Positions 56,601-64,000 of a stretch of 64,000 nt of DNA are shown piece by piece. Source of the stretch: Lama glama (taxonomy: Eukaryota); the NCBI GenBank assembly GCA_028534125.1, contig CM052842.1, forward strand, positions 682,001 to 746,000, given 5' to 3'. The position numbers and the translations under genes were made by a program. The number at the start of each line of letters is the position of its first letter. The stretch's first letter is position 1. The notes beneath the pieces were generated by a model, which was not told where the DNA came from, did no database searches, and saw only the letters and a list, made by a program, of their open reading frames with translations.

Positions 56601-59600
56601 AGGAAGAGCATGTAACTGTGGTGCAGCTGCGGGAGGAGGCCACGCGGCGGGCGCAGCAGCAGGCCGAGGCCGAGCGTGCCCGCGAGGAGGCCGAGAGGGA
56701 GCTGGAGCGCTGGCAGCTGAAGGCCAACGAGGCACTGCGGCTGCGACTGCAAGCCGAGGAGGTGGCGCAGCAGAAGAGCCTGGCTCAGGCCGAGGCTGAG
56801 AAGCAGAAGGAAGAGGCGGAGCGGGAGGCCCGACGTCGTGGGAAGGCGGAGGAGCAGGCCGTGCGGCAGCGAGAGCTGGCTGAGCAGGAGCTGGAGAAGC
56901 AGCGGCAGCTGGCGGAGGGCACCGCGCAGCAGCGCCTGGCAGCGGAGCAGGAGCTGATCCGGCTGCGGGCCGAGACGGAGCAGGGGGAGCAGCAGCGGCA
57001 GCTGCTGGAGGAGGAGCTGGCGCGCCAGCAGCGTGAGGCGGCCGCGGCCACACAGAAGCGCCAGGAGCTGGAGGCCGAGCTGGCCAAGGTGCGGGCTGAG
57101 ATGGAGGTGCTACTGGCCAGCAAGGCGCGAGCGGAGGAGGAGTCACGCTCCACCAGCGAGAAGTCCAAGCAGAGGCTGGAGGCTGAGGCTGGCCGGTTCC
57201 GCGAGCTGGCAGAGGAGGCCGCCCGCCTGCGTGCCCTGGCGGAAGAGGCCAAGCGGCAGCGGCAGCTGGCCGAGGAGGATGCGGCGCGGCAGCGGGCGGA
57301 GGCAGAGCGGGTGCTTGCCGAGAAGCTGGCCGCCATCAGCGAGGCCACACGGCTCAAGACTGAGGCGGAGATCGCACTCAAGGAGAAGGAGGCGGAGAAT
57401 GAGCGCCTGCGGCGGCTGGCGGAAGACGAAGCCTTTCAGCGGCGGCGATTGGAGGAGCAGGCGGCCCAGCACAAGGCGGACATCGAGGAGCGGCTGGCGC
57501 AGCTACGCAAGGCATCAGAGACCGAGCTGGAACGCCAGAAGGGGCTGGTGGAGGACACGCTGCGGCAGCGGCGGCAGGTGGAGGAGGAGATTCTGGCCCT
57601 CAAGGCGAGCTTCGAGAAGGCAGCTGCTGGCAAGGCGGAGCTGGAGCTGGAGCTCGGGCGCATCCGCGGCAACGCTGAGGACACACTGCGCAGCAAGGAG
57701 CAGGCGGAGCTGGAGGCCGCGCGGCAGCGGCAACTGGCGGCAGAGGAAGAGCGGCGGCGCCGCGAGGCTGAGGAGCGTGTGCAGAAGAGCCTGGCGGCCG
57801 AGGAGGAGGCCGCGCGGCAGCGGAAGGCCGCGCTGGAGGAGGTGGAGCGGCTCAAGTCCAAGGTGGAGGAGGCGCGGCGCCTCCGCGAGCGAGCGGAGCA
57901 GGAGTCCGCTCGGCAGCTGCAGCTGGCCCAGGAGGCCGCCCAGAAGCGGCTGCAGGCAGAGGAGAAGGCACACGCCTTCGCGGTGCAGCAGAAGGAGCAG
58001 GAACTGCAGCAGACCCTGCAGCAAGAGCAGAGCGTGCTGGAGCGGCTGCGCGGCGAGGCCGAGGCGGCCCGGCGGGCGGCGGAGGAGGCGGAGGAGGCGC
58101 GGGAGCGGGCGGAGCGCGAGGCGACACAGTCCCGGAGGCAGGTGGAGGAAGCAGAGCGGCTGAAGCAGGCGGCGGAGGAGCAGGCCCAGGCGCAGGCCCA
58201 GGCGCAGGCCGCAGCGGAGAAGCTGCGCAAGGAAGCCGAGCAGGAGGCGGCGCGGCGGGCCCAAGCAGAGCAGGCGGCCCTGCGGCAAAAGCAGGTGGCT
58301 GACGCTGAGATGGAGAAGCACAAGAAGTTCGNNNNNNNNNNNNNNNNNNNNNNNNNNNNNNNNNNNNNNNNNNNNNNNNNNNNNNNNNNNNNNNNNNNNN
58401 NNNNNNNNNNNNNNNNNNNNNNNNNNNNNNNNNNNNNNNNNNNNNNNNNNNNNNNNNNNNNNNNNNNNNNNCGCCAGCGCAGCCAGGTGGAAGAGGAGCT
58501 GTTCTCCGTGCGCGTGCAGATGGAGGAGCTGGGCAAGCTCAAGGCCCGCATCGAGGCGGAGAACCGCGCGCTCGTCCTGCGCGACAAGGACAACACGCAG
58601 CGCCTGCTTCAGGAAGAGGCCGAAAAGATGAAGCAGGTGGCAGAAGAGGCCGCGCGGCTGACAGTGGCGGCCCAGGAGGCGGCGCGGCTGCGGCAGCTGG
58701 CGGAGGAGGACCTGGCGCAGCAGCGGGCTCTGGCGGAGAAGATGCTCAAGGAGAAGATGCAGGCAGTGCAGGAGGCCACCCAGCTGAAGGCGGAGGCAGA
58801 GCTGCTGCAGCAGCAGAAGGAGCTTGCCCAGGAGCAGGCCCGGCGGCTGCAGGAGGATAAAGAGCAGATGGCACAGCAGCTGGCACAGGAGACACAGGGC
58901 TTCCAGCGGACCCTGGAGACGGAGCGGCAGCGGCAGCTGGAGATGAGTGCCGAGGCTGAGCGGCTCAGGCTGCGCGTGGCCGAGATGAGCCGGGCCCAGG
59001 CTCGAGCTGAGGGGGATGCTCAGCGCTTCCGGAAGCAGGCCGAGGAGATCGGCGAGAGGTTATACCGCACAGAGCTCGCCACGCAGGAGAAGGTGACGTT
59101 GGTGCAGACGCTTGAGACCCAGCGACAGCAGAGCGACCAGGATGCCGAGCGCCTGCGGGAGGCCATTGCAGAGCTGGAACGCGAGAAGGACAAGCTCAAG
59201 CAGGAGGCTGAGCTGCTGCAGCTCAAGTCCGAGGAGGTACCTCCCCACCTGCGGGCAGGGTCTGCTCAGGCGGGAGGCGGGTTCTCCCAGGCCCCTGACC
59301 TCTCTGACCACCCTCTTCCTCCTTGACAGATGCAGACAGTGCAGCAGGAGCAGCTGCTGCAGGAGACGCAGGCCCTACGGCAGAGCTTCCTCTCCGAGAA
59401 GGACAGCCTGCTGCAGCGCGAACGCTTCATTGAGCAAGAGAAGGCCAAGCTGGAGCAGCTCTTCCAGGAGGAGGTGGCCAAGGCGCAGAAGCTACGTGAG
59501 GAGCAGCAGCGGCAGCAGCAGCAGATGGAGCAGGAGAAGCAGCAGCTGGTCGCCAGCATGGAGGAGGCCCGGCGGCAGCAGCGCGAGGCGGAGGAGGGCG

Positions 59601-62600
59601 TGCGGCGCAAGCAGGAGGAACTGCAGCGCCTGGAGGAGCAGCGGCAGCAGCAGGAGAAGCTGCTGGCCGAGGAGAACCAGAGGCTGCGTGAGCGGCTGCA
59701 GCACCTGGAGGAGGAGCACCGGGCAGCGCTGGCACACTCGGAAGAGGTGCCTGCCTCGCAGGCCACGGCCACAAAGGCCCTGCCCAATGGCCGAGATGCA
59801 CTGGATGGCCCAGCCACAGAGACAGAGCCCGAGCACGCCTTCGATGGCCTGCGGCAGAAGGTGCCGGCCCAGCAGCTGCAGGAGGTGGGTATTCTGAGTG
59901 CAGAGGAGCTGCAGCGCCTGGTGCAGGGCCGCACCACTGTGGCTGAGCTCGAGCAGCGGGAGGACGTGCGCTGTTACCTGCAGGGCCGCAGCAGCATCGC
60001 GGGGTTGCTGCTGCAGCCTTCCAACGAGAAGCTGAGTGTCTACGCGGCCCTGCGGAGGCAGCTGCTGAGCCCAGGCACAGCCCTCATCCTGCTTGAGGCC
60101 CAGGCGGCTTCAGGCTTCCTCCTGGACCCTGTGCGGAACAGGCAGCTGACCGTCAACGAGGCCGTGAAGGAGGGCGTCGTGGGCCCTGAGCTGCATCACA
60201 AGTTGCTGTCGGCTGAGCGTGCTGTCACTGGCTACAAGGACCCCTACACTGGGGAGCAGATCTCCCTGTTCCAGGCCATGAAGAAGGACCTGATCGTCAG
60301 GGAGCATGGCATCCGCCTGCTGGAGGCCCAGATCGCCACGGGCGGCATCATCGACCCGGTGCACAGCCACCGCGTGCCCGTGGACGTGGCCTTCCAGCGT
60401 GGTTACTTCGACGAGGAGATGAGCCGCGTCCTGGAGGACCCCAGCGACGACACCAAGGGCTTCTTCGACCCCAACACGCATGAGAACCTCACCTACAAGC
60501 AGCTGCTGGAGCGCTGCGTGGAGGACCCTGAGACCGGCCTGCGGCTCCTGCCACTCACAGATCAGGCTGCCAAGGGTGGTGAGCTGGTCTACACTGACTC
60601 GGAGGCCCGGGACGTGTTCAAGAAAGCCACTGTGTCTGCACCATTTGGCAAGTTCCAGGGCAGAACGGTGACCATCTGGGAGCTCATCAACTCTGAGTAC
60701 TTCACGGCGGAGCAGCGGCGGGACCTGCTGCGGCAGTTCCGCACAGGCAAGGTCACGGTGGAGAAGATCATCAAGATCGTTATCACGGTGGTCGAGGAGC
60801 ACGAGCAGAGGGGCCAGCTCTGCTTCCAGGGCCTGCGCGCCCTGGTCCCCGCTGCTGAGCTGCTCGAGAGCCGGGTGATTGACCATGACCTCTACTGCCA
60901 GCTGCAGCAGGGCAAGCGCTCAGTGCAGGAAGTAGCCGAGGTGGATGCAGTGCGGCGGGCCCTGCGGGGCTCCAGCGTTATTGCGGGAGTGTGGCTGGAG
61001 GAGGCGGGGCAGAAGCTGAGCATCTACGAGGCCCTGAGGAAAGACCTCCTGCCGGCAGAGGCGGCTGTGGCCCTACTGGAGGCGCAGGCCGGCACTGGGC
61101 ACATCGTGGACCCCACCACGAGCGCCCGGCTGACTGTGGCGGAGGCAGTGCGTGCCGGCCTGGTGGGGCCCGAGCTGCACGAGAAGCTGCTGTTGGCTGA
61201 GAGGGCCGTGACGGGCTACAAGGACCCGTACTCGGGGCAGAGTGTGTCCCTGTTTCAGGCCCTGAAGAAGGGCCTCATTCCCAGGGAGCAGGGCCTGCGT
61301 CTGCTGGACGCCCAGCTGTCCACTGGTGGCATCGTGGATCCCAGCAAGAGCCACCGAGTACCCCTGGATGTCGCCTATGCCCGGGGCTACCTGGATGAGG
61401 AGACCCACACAGCCCTTTCCGCACCCGAGGGCGATGCCAAGACCTACTTCGACCCCAGTGCCCAGGAGCCGGTCACCTACGGCCAGCTCCAGCAGCGGTG
61501 CCGCCCCGACCAGCTGACGGGGCTGAGCCTGCTGCCACTCTCGGAGGAGGCTGCCAGGGCCCGGCAGCAGGAGCTCTACTCCGAACTCCAGGCCCGTGAG
61601 GCCTTCCAGAAGGCCACTGTTGATGTCCCCGTGGGCAGCTTCCAAGGCAGGACGGTGACAGTGTGGGAGCTCATCAGCTCTGAGTACTTCTCTGCGGAGC
61701 AGCGGCAGGAGCTGCTGCGGCAGTTCCGCACGGGCAAGGTCACCGTGGAGAAGATCATCAAGATCCTCATCACCATCGTAGAGGAGGTGGAGACTGTGCG
61801 GCGGGAGAGGCTCTCTTTCAGTGGCCTCCGCGCCCCGGTGCTGGCCAGTGAGCTCCTGTCTGCCAGGGTCCTCAGCAGGGACCAGTTTGAGCAGCTCAAG
61901 GACGGCAAAACATCAGTCAAGGACCTGTCGGAGGTGGACTCCGTGCGGACACTCCTCCAGGGCAGTGGCTGCCTCGCTGGCATCTACCTGGAGGACTCTA
62001 AGGAAAAGGTGACCATCTATGAGGCCATGCGGCGCGGCCTGCTCAGGCCCAGCACGGCCACTCTCCTGCTCGAGGCCCAGGCAGCCACTGGCTTTCTGGT
62101 GGACCCTGTGCGGAACCAGCGCTTGTATGTCCACGAGGCTGTGAAGGCTGGCGTGGTGGGCCCTGAGCTGCATGAGAAACTGCTGTCAGCTGAGAAGGCT
62201 GTGACGGGTTACAAGGACCCCTACACCGGGGAGCAGATCTCCCTGTTCCAGGCCATGAAAAAGGGCCTGGTACTCAGGGAGCACGGTATCCGCCTGCTAG
62301 AGGCCCAGATCGCTACAGGCGGCATCATCGACCCGGTGCACAGCCACCGCCTGCCCGTGGATGTGGCCTTCCAGCGCGGCTACTTCGATGAGGAGATGAG
62401 CCGCATCCTGGAGGACCCCAGCGATGACACCAAGGGCTTCTATGACCCCAACACGCACGAGAACCTCACATACAAGCAGCTGCTGGAGCGCTGCGTAGAG
62501 GACCCTGAGACAGGCCTGCGGCTCCTGCCACTGAAAGGGGCGGAGAAGGCAGAAATAGTGGAGACCACGCGGGTGTACACTGAGGAGGAGACCCGGAGGG

Positions 62601-64000
62601 CCTTCGAGGAGACACAGATCGACATCCCCGGGGGCGNNNNNNNNNNNNNNNNNNNNNNNNNNNNNNNNNNNNNNNNNNNNNNNNNNNNNNNNNNNNNNNN
62701 NNNNNNNNNNNNNNNNNNNNNNNNNNNNNNNNNNNNNNNNNNNNNNNNNNNNNNNNNNNNNNNNNNNNNNNNNNNNNNNNNNNNNNNNNNNNAGATTGTC
62801 CGCCAGCAGCACCTGGCTTCCTACGACTACGTCCGCCGCCGCCTCACCGCCGAGGACCTGTATGAGGCCCGGCTCATCTCCCGCGAGTCCTACAGCCTGC
62901 TCCGGGAGGGCACCAGGAGCCTCCGTGAGGTGCTCGAGGCTGAGTCTGCCTGGCGCTACCTCTACGGCACGGGTTGTGTGGCCGGCGTCTACCTGCCTGG
63001 CTCCAGGCAGACCCTGACCGTCTACCAGGCCCTCAAGAAGGGGCTGCTGAGTGCCGAGGTAGCCCGCCTGCTGCTGGAGGCTCAGGCGGCCACAGGCTTC
63101 CTCCTGGATCCAGTGAAGGGCGACCGGCTGACCGTGGATGAGGCCGTGCGAAAGGGCCTGGTGGGCCCCGAGCTGCACGACCGGCTGCTGTCGGCCGAGC
63201 GGGCTGTGACCGGCTACCGTGACCCCTACACAGAGCAAACCATCTCGCTCTTCCAGGCCATGAAGAAGGACCTGATCCCCGCCGAGGAGGCCTTGCGGCT
63301 GCTGGACGCTCAGCTGGCCACCGGCGGCATCGTGGACCCACGCCTGGGCTTCCACCTCCCGCTGGAGGTGGCCTACCAGCGTGGCTACCTCAACAAGGAC
63401 ACGTACGACCAGCTGTCGGAGCCCAGCGAGGTGCGCAGCTACCTGGACCCCTCCACGGATGAGCGCCTCAGCTACACGCAGCTGCTCCGGCGGTGCCGCC
63501 GCGATGAGGGCAGCGGCCTGCTTCTCCTGCCGCTCTCAGACGCCCGCAAGCTGACCTTCCGCGGCCTGCGCAAGCAGATCACAGTGGAGGAGCTGGTGCG
63601 CTCACATGTCATGGACGAGGCCACGGCGCTGCGGCTGCAGGAGGGCCTGACCTCCATCGAGGAGGTCTCCAAGAACCTGCAGAAGTTCCTCGAGGGCACC
63701 AGCAGCATCGCTGGCGTGCTCGTTGACGCCACCAAGGAGCGCCTGTCTGTGTACCAAGCCATGAAAAAGGGCATCATCCGCCCGGGCACAGCCTTCGAGC
63801 TCCTGGAGGCGCAGGCAGCCACCGGCTACGTCATCGACCCCATCAAGGGGCTCAAGCTGACTGTGGAGGAGGCTGTGCGCATGGGCATCGTGGGCCCTGA
63901 GTTCAAAGACAAGCTGCTGTCGGCCGAGCGCGCTGTCACTGGCTACAAGGACCCCTACTCCGGGAAGCTCATCTCACTCTTCCAGGCCATGAAGAAGGGC
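12461..64000 (+). CDS. PLEC: Plectin (multi-exon, alternative first exons; 3' end beyond window)
   Basis: CH-domain ABD ([19 protein letters not shown]), plakin spectrin repeats/SH3, 3381-nt rod exon and plakin repeat domains are all recognised. Exons are listed individually. Confidence 0.98.
14010..14094 (+). CDS. PLEC: PLEC alternative exon 1f (in a CpG island, about 13600-14400)
   Basis: [28 protein letters not shown]; phase-1 donor G|GTACGG. Confidence 0.94.
17610..17682 (+). repeat. Compound (TG)/(CG)/(AG) microsatellite
   Basis: tgcgtgtgcg...(cg)n(tg)n(ag)n at the end of an L1 3' fragment. Confidence 0.92.
17683..19400 (-). mobile_element. L1 (L1M-type) 3' UTR and ORF2 C-terminal remnants, interrupted by N runs 18328-18482 and 18652-18830
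   Basis: Minus ORF 17898-18266 (VGEDVEKLE...PAIPLL...[18 protein letters not shown]) is a decayed L1 ORF2 C-terminus. 'ggacatttcatataatggaatc...tgtgtctggcttccttcactcagcat' is L1M 3' UTR-like. Confidence 0.88.
20440..22460 (-). mobile_element. MaLR (MLT1-type) LTR retroelement: partial LTR about 20440-20762, internal about 20763-22037, LTR about 22038-22460
   Basis: Two related LTR copies share 'taaggacact', 'gacctcatc...acttaat...aagacc..ttccaaa' and 'ttgg.gccac'. Right copy has MLT1 motifs 'cacagtctggaggccagaagg.caaaatcaaggtgttggca'. About 1.3 kb of internal sequence lies between them. Confidence 0.82.
22500..22990. mobile_element. Old L1 fragments
   Basis: AT-rich; 'gtaccatttctcacctactagattggc' resembles L1 ORF2 3' sequence. 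Confidence 0.5.
24153..24436. mobile_element. TcMar-Tigger non-autonomous DNA transposon (Tigger3-like)
   Basis: Imperfect terminal inverted repeats (ccctctgtatctgag ... ctcagatactgaggg), TA on both flanks (24151-24152, 24437-24438), internal 'ggttatatgcaaatactac' and 'aagggacttgagcatcc'. Confidence 0.8.
26742..26870 (-). mobile_element. tRNA-derived SINE, camelid Vic-1-like
   Basis: Minus strand: A box TAGCTCAGTGG, 'catgcttagcatgcac', B box GGTTCAATCC, then 'aaataaataaa...taattacctccccc' and poly(A); cttgag on both flanks. Confidence 0.85.
28488..28533 (+). CDS. PLEC: PLEC alternative exon 1e
   Basis: [15 protein letters not shown]; phase-1 donor G|GTGCGG. Confidence 0.94.
30806..30981 (+). 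repeat. 35-bp minisatellite, at least 5 copies, next to a 100-N gap (30705-30804)
   Basis: Unit cctcctcaggcccctgccccccaagaccccagctg at 30806, 30841, 30876, 30911, 30946. Confidence 0.95.
31625..32162 (+). CDS. PLEC: PLEC alternative exon 1 (Plectin/eS10 domain)
   Basis: [30 protein letters not shown]...[30 protein letters not shown]...PAPAT; 538 nt; phase-1 donor. Confidence 0.96.
35388..35430 (+). CDS. PLEC: Additional PLEC alternative first exon ([14 protein letters not shown]; possibly exon 1k)
   Basis: GCCGCCATGG Kozak, 43 nt, donor AAG|GTAGGG in phase 1 like all other first exons. Confidence 0.75.
36020..36125 (+). mobile_element. MIR SINE fragment
   Basis: MIR core 'tctgtgcctcagtttccccatctgta...gataatag...tgaggattaaa'. 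Confidence 0.8.
37004..37019 (+). CDS. PLEC: PLEC alternative exon 1d (muscle; MKIVP)
   Basis: ATG AAG ATT GTG CCG G|GTAGGT; TATA-like TATTTATA at about 36818. Confidence 0.9.
37766..37877 (+). CDS. PLEC: PLEC alternative exon 1b (mitochondrial-anchor isoform)
   Basis: [37 protein letters not shown]; donor G|GTAAGG. Confidence 0.95.
39335..39473 (+). CDS. PLEC: PLEC alternative exon 1g
   Basis: [46 protein letters not shown]; donor G|GTGGGT. Confidence 0.92.
39830..39900 (+). mobile_element. Degraded MIR fragment
   Basis: 'gccttagtttccatatcgtaaaaggg' resembles the MIR core. Confidence 0.5.
42241..42352 (+). CDS. PLEC: PLEC alternative exon 1a (epithelial)
   Basis: [37 protein letters not shown]; donor G|GTAGCG. 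Confidence 0.95.
43071..43132 (+). CDS. PLEC: PLEC exon 2 (first common exon, CH1)
   Basis: [21 protein letters not shown]. Confidence 0.96.
43420..43434 (+). CDS. PLEC: PLEC microexon 2alpha (HWRAE)
   Basis: tag|CACTGGAGGGCAGAG|gtaggt, after a long pyrimidine tract. Confidence 0.9.
43568..43657 (+). CDS. PLEC: PLEC exon 3
   Basis: [30 protein letters not shown]. Confidence 0.96.
43966..44001 (+). CDS. PLEC: PLEC microexon 3alpha ([12 protein letters not shown])
   Basis: cag|CCAAGA...CGCCTG|gtgagt; 36 nt, phase 0/0. Confidence 0.9.
44497..44574 (+). CDS. PLEC: PLEC exon 4
   Basis: [26 protein letters not shown]. Confidence 0.95.
44657..44749 (+). CDS. PLEC: PLEC exon 5
   Basis: [31 protein letters not shown]. 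Confidence 0.95.
45631..45797 (+). CDS. PLEC: PLEC exon 6 (CH2)
   Basis: [24 protein letters not shown]...NAIIHRHK. Confidence 0.95.
46399..46514 (+). CDS. PLEC: PLEC exon 7
   Basis: [12 protein letters not shown]...RLLDPE. Confidence 0.95.
46591..46697 (+). CDS. PLEC: PLEC exon 8
   Basis: [24 protein letters not shown]...VKAN. Confidence 0.95.
46784..46903 (+). CDS. PLEC: PLEC exon 9
   Basis: [12 protein letters not shown]...SSFEEIE. Confidence 0.95.
46975..47070 (+). CDS. PLEC: PLEC exon 10
   Basis: [32 protein letters not shown]. Confidence 0.95.
47232..47379 (+). other. PLEC: N run inferred to hide PLEC exon 11
   Basis: The gap starts right after an acceptor-like 'cctttcca'. Exon 10 (phase 0) and exon 12 (phase 2) cannot join without an exon, and the expected GAVQAGQLK...SEFER segment is not seen elsewhere. 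Confidence 0.8.
47605..47698 (+). CDS. PLEC: PLEC exon 12
   Basis: [31 protein letters not shown]. Confidence 0.95.
48235..48389 (+). CDS. PLEC: PLEC exon 13
   Basis: DVRLLATGK...GEQMYR. Confidence 0.95.
48471..48741 (+). CDS. PLEC: PLEC exon 14
   Basis: [30 protein letters not shown]...ERARTDE. Confidence 0.95.
48825..48902 (+). CDS. PLEC: PLEC exon 15
   Basis: [26 protein letters not shown]. Confidence 0.95.
48988..49149 (+). CDS. PLEC: PLEC exon 16
   Basis: [11 protein letters not shown]...KKDSYS. Confidence 0.95.
49322..49426 (+). CDS. PLEC: PLEC exon 17
   Basis: [12 protein letters not shown]...ARPTVE. Confidence 0.95.
49546..49641 (+). CDS. PLEC: PLEC exon 18
   Basis: [32 protein letters not shown]. 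Confidence 0.95.
49881..50006 (+). CDS. PLEC: PLEC exon 19
   Basis: [12 protein letters not shown]...LLQDAQ. Confidence 0.95.
51149..51301 (+). CDS. PLEC: PLEC exon 20 (start of SH3)
   Basis: [11 protein letters not shown]...AVCDYKQVE. Confidence 0.95.
51380..51534 (+). CDS. PLEC: PLEC exon 21
   Basis: [11 protein letters not shown]...[12 protein letters not shown]. Confidence 0.95.
51618..51744 (+). CDS. PLEC: PLEC exon 22
   Basis: [15 protein letters not shown]...SWSLVT. Confidence 0.95.
51843..52026 (+). CDS. PLEC: PLEC exon 23
   Basis: [13 protein letters not shown]...LLQSLEQ. Confidence 0.95.
52101..52258 (+). CDS. PLEC: PLEC exon 24 (GC donor)
   Basis: [16 protein letters not shown]...RIAEQQ, followed by GCAGGC. 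Confidence 0.9.
52345..52523 (+). CDS. PLEC: PLEC exon 25
   Basis: [11 protein letters not shown]...SAIYLEK. Confidence 0.95.
53659..53797 (+). CDS. PLEC: PLEC exon 26
   Basis: [13 protein letters not shown]...TKAALK. Confidence 0.95.
53902..54258 (+). CDS. PLEC: PLEC exon 27
   Basis: [14 protein letters not shown]...QLRQEK. Confidence 0.95.
54337..54420 (+). CDS. PLEC: PLEC exon 28
   Basis: [28 protein letters not shown]. Confidence 0.95.
54603..54707 (+). CDS. PLEC: PLEC exon 29
   Basis: [35 protein letters not shown]. Confidence 0.95.
54812..54910 (+). CDS. PLEC: PLEC exon 30
   Basis: [33 protein letters not shown]. Confidence 0.95.
55856..59236 (+). CDS. PLEC: PLEC exon 31, coiled-coil rod (skipped in rodless plectin)
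   Basis: [14 protein letters not shown]...LQLKSEE; 3381 nt, phase 0/0; N run 58332-58471 preserves frame. Confidence 0.96.
59330..64000 (+). CDS. PLEC: PLEC exon 32 (partial): rod end and plakin repeat domains 1-5
   Basis: [12 protein letters not shown]...; repeats begin near 59975, 60960, 61950, 62955, 63685 with [11 protein letters not shown] and AVTGYKDPY motifs; open to the window end; N run 62637-62792 preserves frame. Confidence 0.96.
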   Translation, partial: MQTVQQEQLLQETQALRQSFLSEKDSLLQRERFIEQEKAKLEQLFQEEVAKAQKLREEQQRQQQQMEQEKQQLVASMEEARRQQREAEEGVRRKQEELQRLEEQRQQQEKLLAEENQRLRERLQHLEEEHRAALAHSEEVPASQATATKALPNGRDALDGPATETEPEHAFDGLRQKVPAQQLQEVGILSAEELQRLVQGRTTVAELEQREDVRCYLQGRSSIAGLLLQPSNEKLSVYAALRRQLLSPGTALILLEAQAASGFLLDPVRNRQLTVNEAVKEGVVGPELHHKLLSAERAVTGYKDPYTGEQISLFQAMKKDLIVREHGIRLLEAQIATGGIIDPVHSHRVPVDVAFQRGYFDEEMSRVLEDPSDDTKGFFDPNTHENLTYKQLLERCVEDPETGLRLLPLTDQAAKGGELVYTDSEARDVFKKATVSAPFGKFQGRTVTIWELINSEYFTAEQRRDLLRQFRTGKVTVEKIIKIVITVVEEHEQRGQLCFQGLRALVPAAELLESRVIDHDLYCQLQQGKRSVQEVAEVDAVRRALRGSSVIAGVWLEEAGQKLSIYEALRKDLLPAEAAVALLEAQAGTGHIVDPTTSARLTVAEAVRAGLVGPELHEKLLLAERAVTGYKDPYSGQSVSLFQALKKGLIPREQGLRLLDAQLSTGGIVDPSKSHRVPLDVAYARGYLDEETHTALSAPEGDAKTYFDPSAQEPVTYGQLQQRCRPDQLTGLSLLPLSEEAARARQQELYSELQAREAFQKATVDVPVGSFQGRTVTVWELISSEYFSAEQRQELLRQFRTGKVTVEKIIKILITIVEEVETVRRERLSFSGLRAPVLASELLSARVLSRDQFEQLKDGKTSVKDLSEVDSVRTLLQGSGCLAGIYLEDSKEKVTIYEAMRRGLLRPSTATLLLEAQAATGFLVDPVRNQRLYVHEAVKAGVVGPELHEKLLSAEKAVTGYKDPYTGEQISLFQAMKKGLVLREHGIRLLEAQIATGGIIDPVHSHRLPVDVAFQRGYFDEEMSRILEDPSDDTKGFYDPNTHENLTYKQLLERCVEDPETGLRLLPLKGAEKAEIVETTRVYTEEETRRAFEETQIDIPGGXXXXXXXXXXXXXXXXXXXXXXXXXXXXXXXXXXXXXXXXXXXXXXXXXXXXXIVRQQHLASYDYVRRRLTAEDLYEARLISRESYSLLREGTRSLREVLEAESAWRYLYGTGCVAGVYLPGSRQTLTVYQALKKGLLSAEVARLLLEAQAATGFLLDPVKGDRLTVDEAVRKGLVGPELHDRLLSAERAVTGYRDPYTEQTISLFQAMKKDLIPAEEALRLLDAQLATGGIVDPRLGFHLPLEVAYQRGYLNKDTYDQLSEPSEVRSYLDPSTDERLSYTQLLRRCRRDEGSGLLLLPLSDARKLTFRGLRKQITVEELVRSHVMDEATALRLQEGLTSIEEVSKNLQKFLEGTSSIAGVLVDATKERLSVYQAMKKGIIRPGTAFELLEAQAATGYVIDPIKGLKLTVEEAVRMGIVGPEFKDKLLSAERAVTGYKDPYSGKLISLFQAMKKG

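Noticed and set aside
55329-59937. Long minus-strand and shifted-frame ORFs (605, 424, 386, 376 aa) over the plectin rod
   Set aside because: Shadows of GC3-rich GAG/CAG/CTG/GCG codon usage; low-complexity S/C/R/A/P products with no independent gene signals.

Overview
This is mammalian genomic DNA, probably a camelid (a tRNA-derived SINE at 26742-26870 resembles the camelid Vic-1 family). It is syntenic with the human 8q24.3 block GRINA-PARP10-PLEC. The window holds the 5' end of GRINA (- strand), the complete 11-exon PARP10 gene (+; spliced CDS 2988 nt, 995 aa), and plectin (PLEC, +) from its upstream CpG island into the last giant exon, which runs off the window in plakin repeat domain 5. 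Eight known PLEC coding first exons are recognisable (1c, 1f, 1e, 1, 1d, 1b, 1g, 1a), plus a ninth with a perfect Kozak context ([14 protein letters not shown]). Microexons 2alpha and 3alpha and exons 2-32 are also traceable; exon 11 is hidden in an N run. Introns carry L1/L2/MIR fragments, a two-LTR MaLR element, a Tigger-type transposon, microsatellites and a 35-bp VNTR. I found no wholly new biological system. The best leads are the extra PLEC first exon, possible PARP10-to-PLEC splice chimeras, a 16-aa deletion in the plectin SR2-SR3 linker, apparent concerted evolution of plakin repeats, PARP10 tandem duplications (one creating in-frame cryptic donors), a GC-AG intron, and an E-box VNTR upstream of exon 1. 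All comparisons with human/mouse proteins are from memory and need confirming by alignment.
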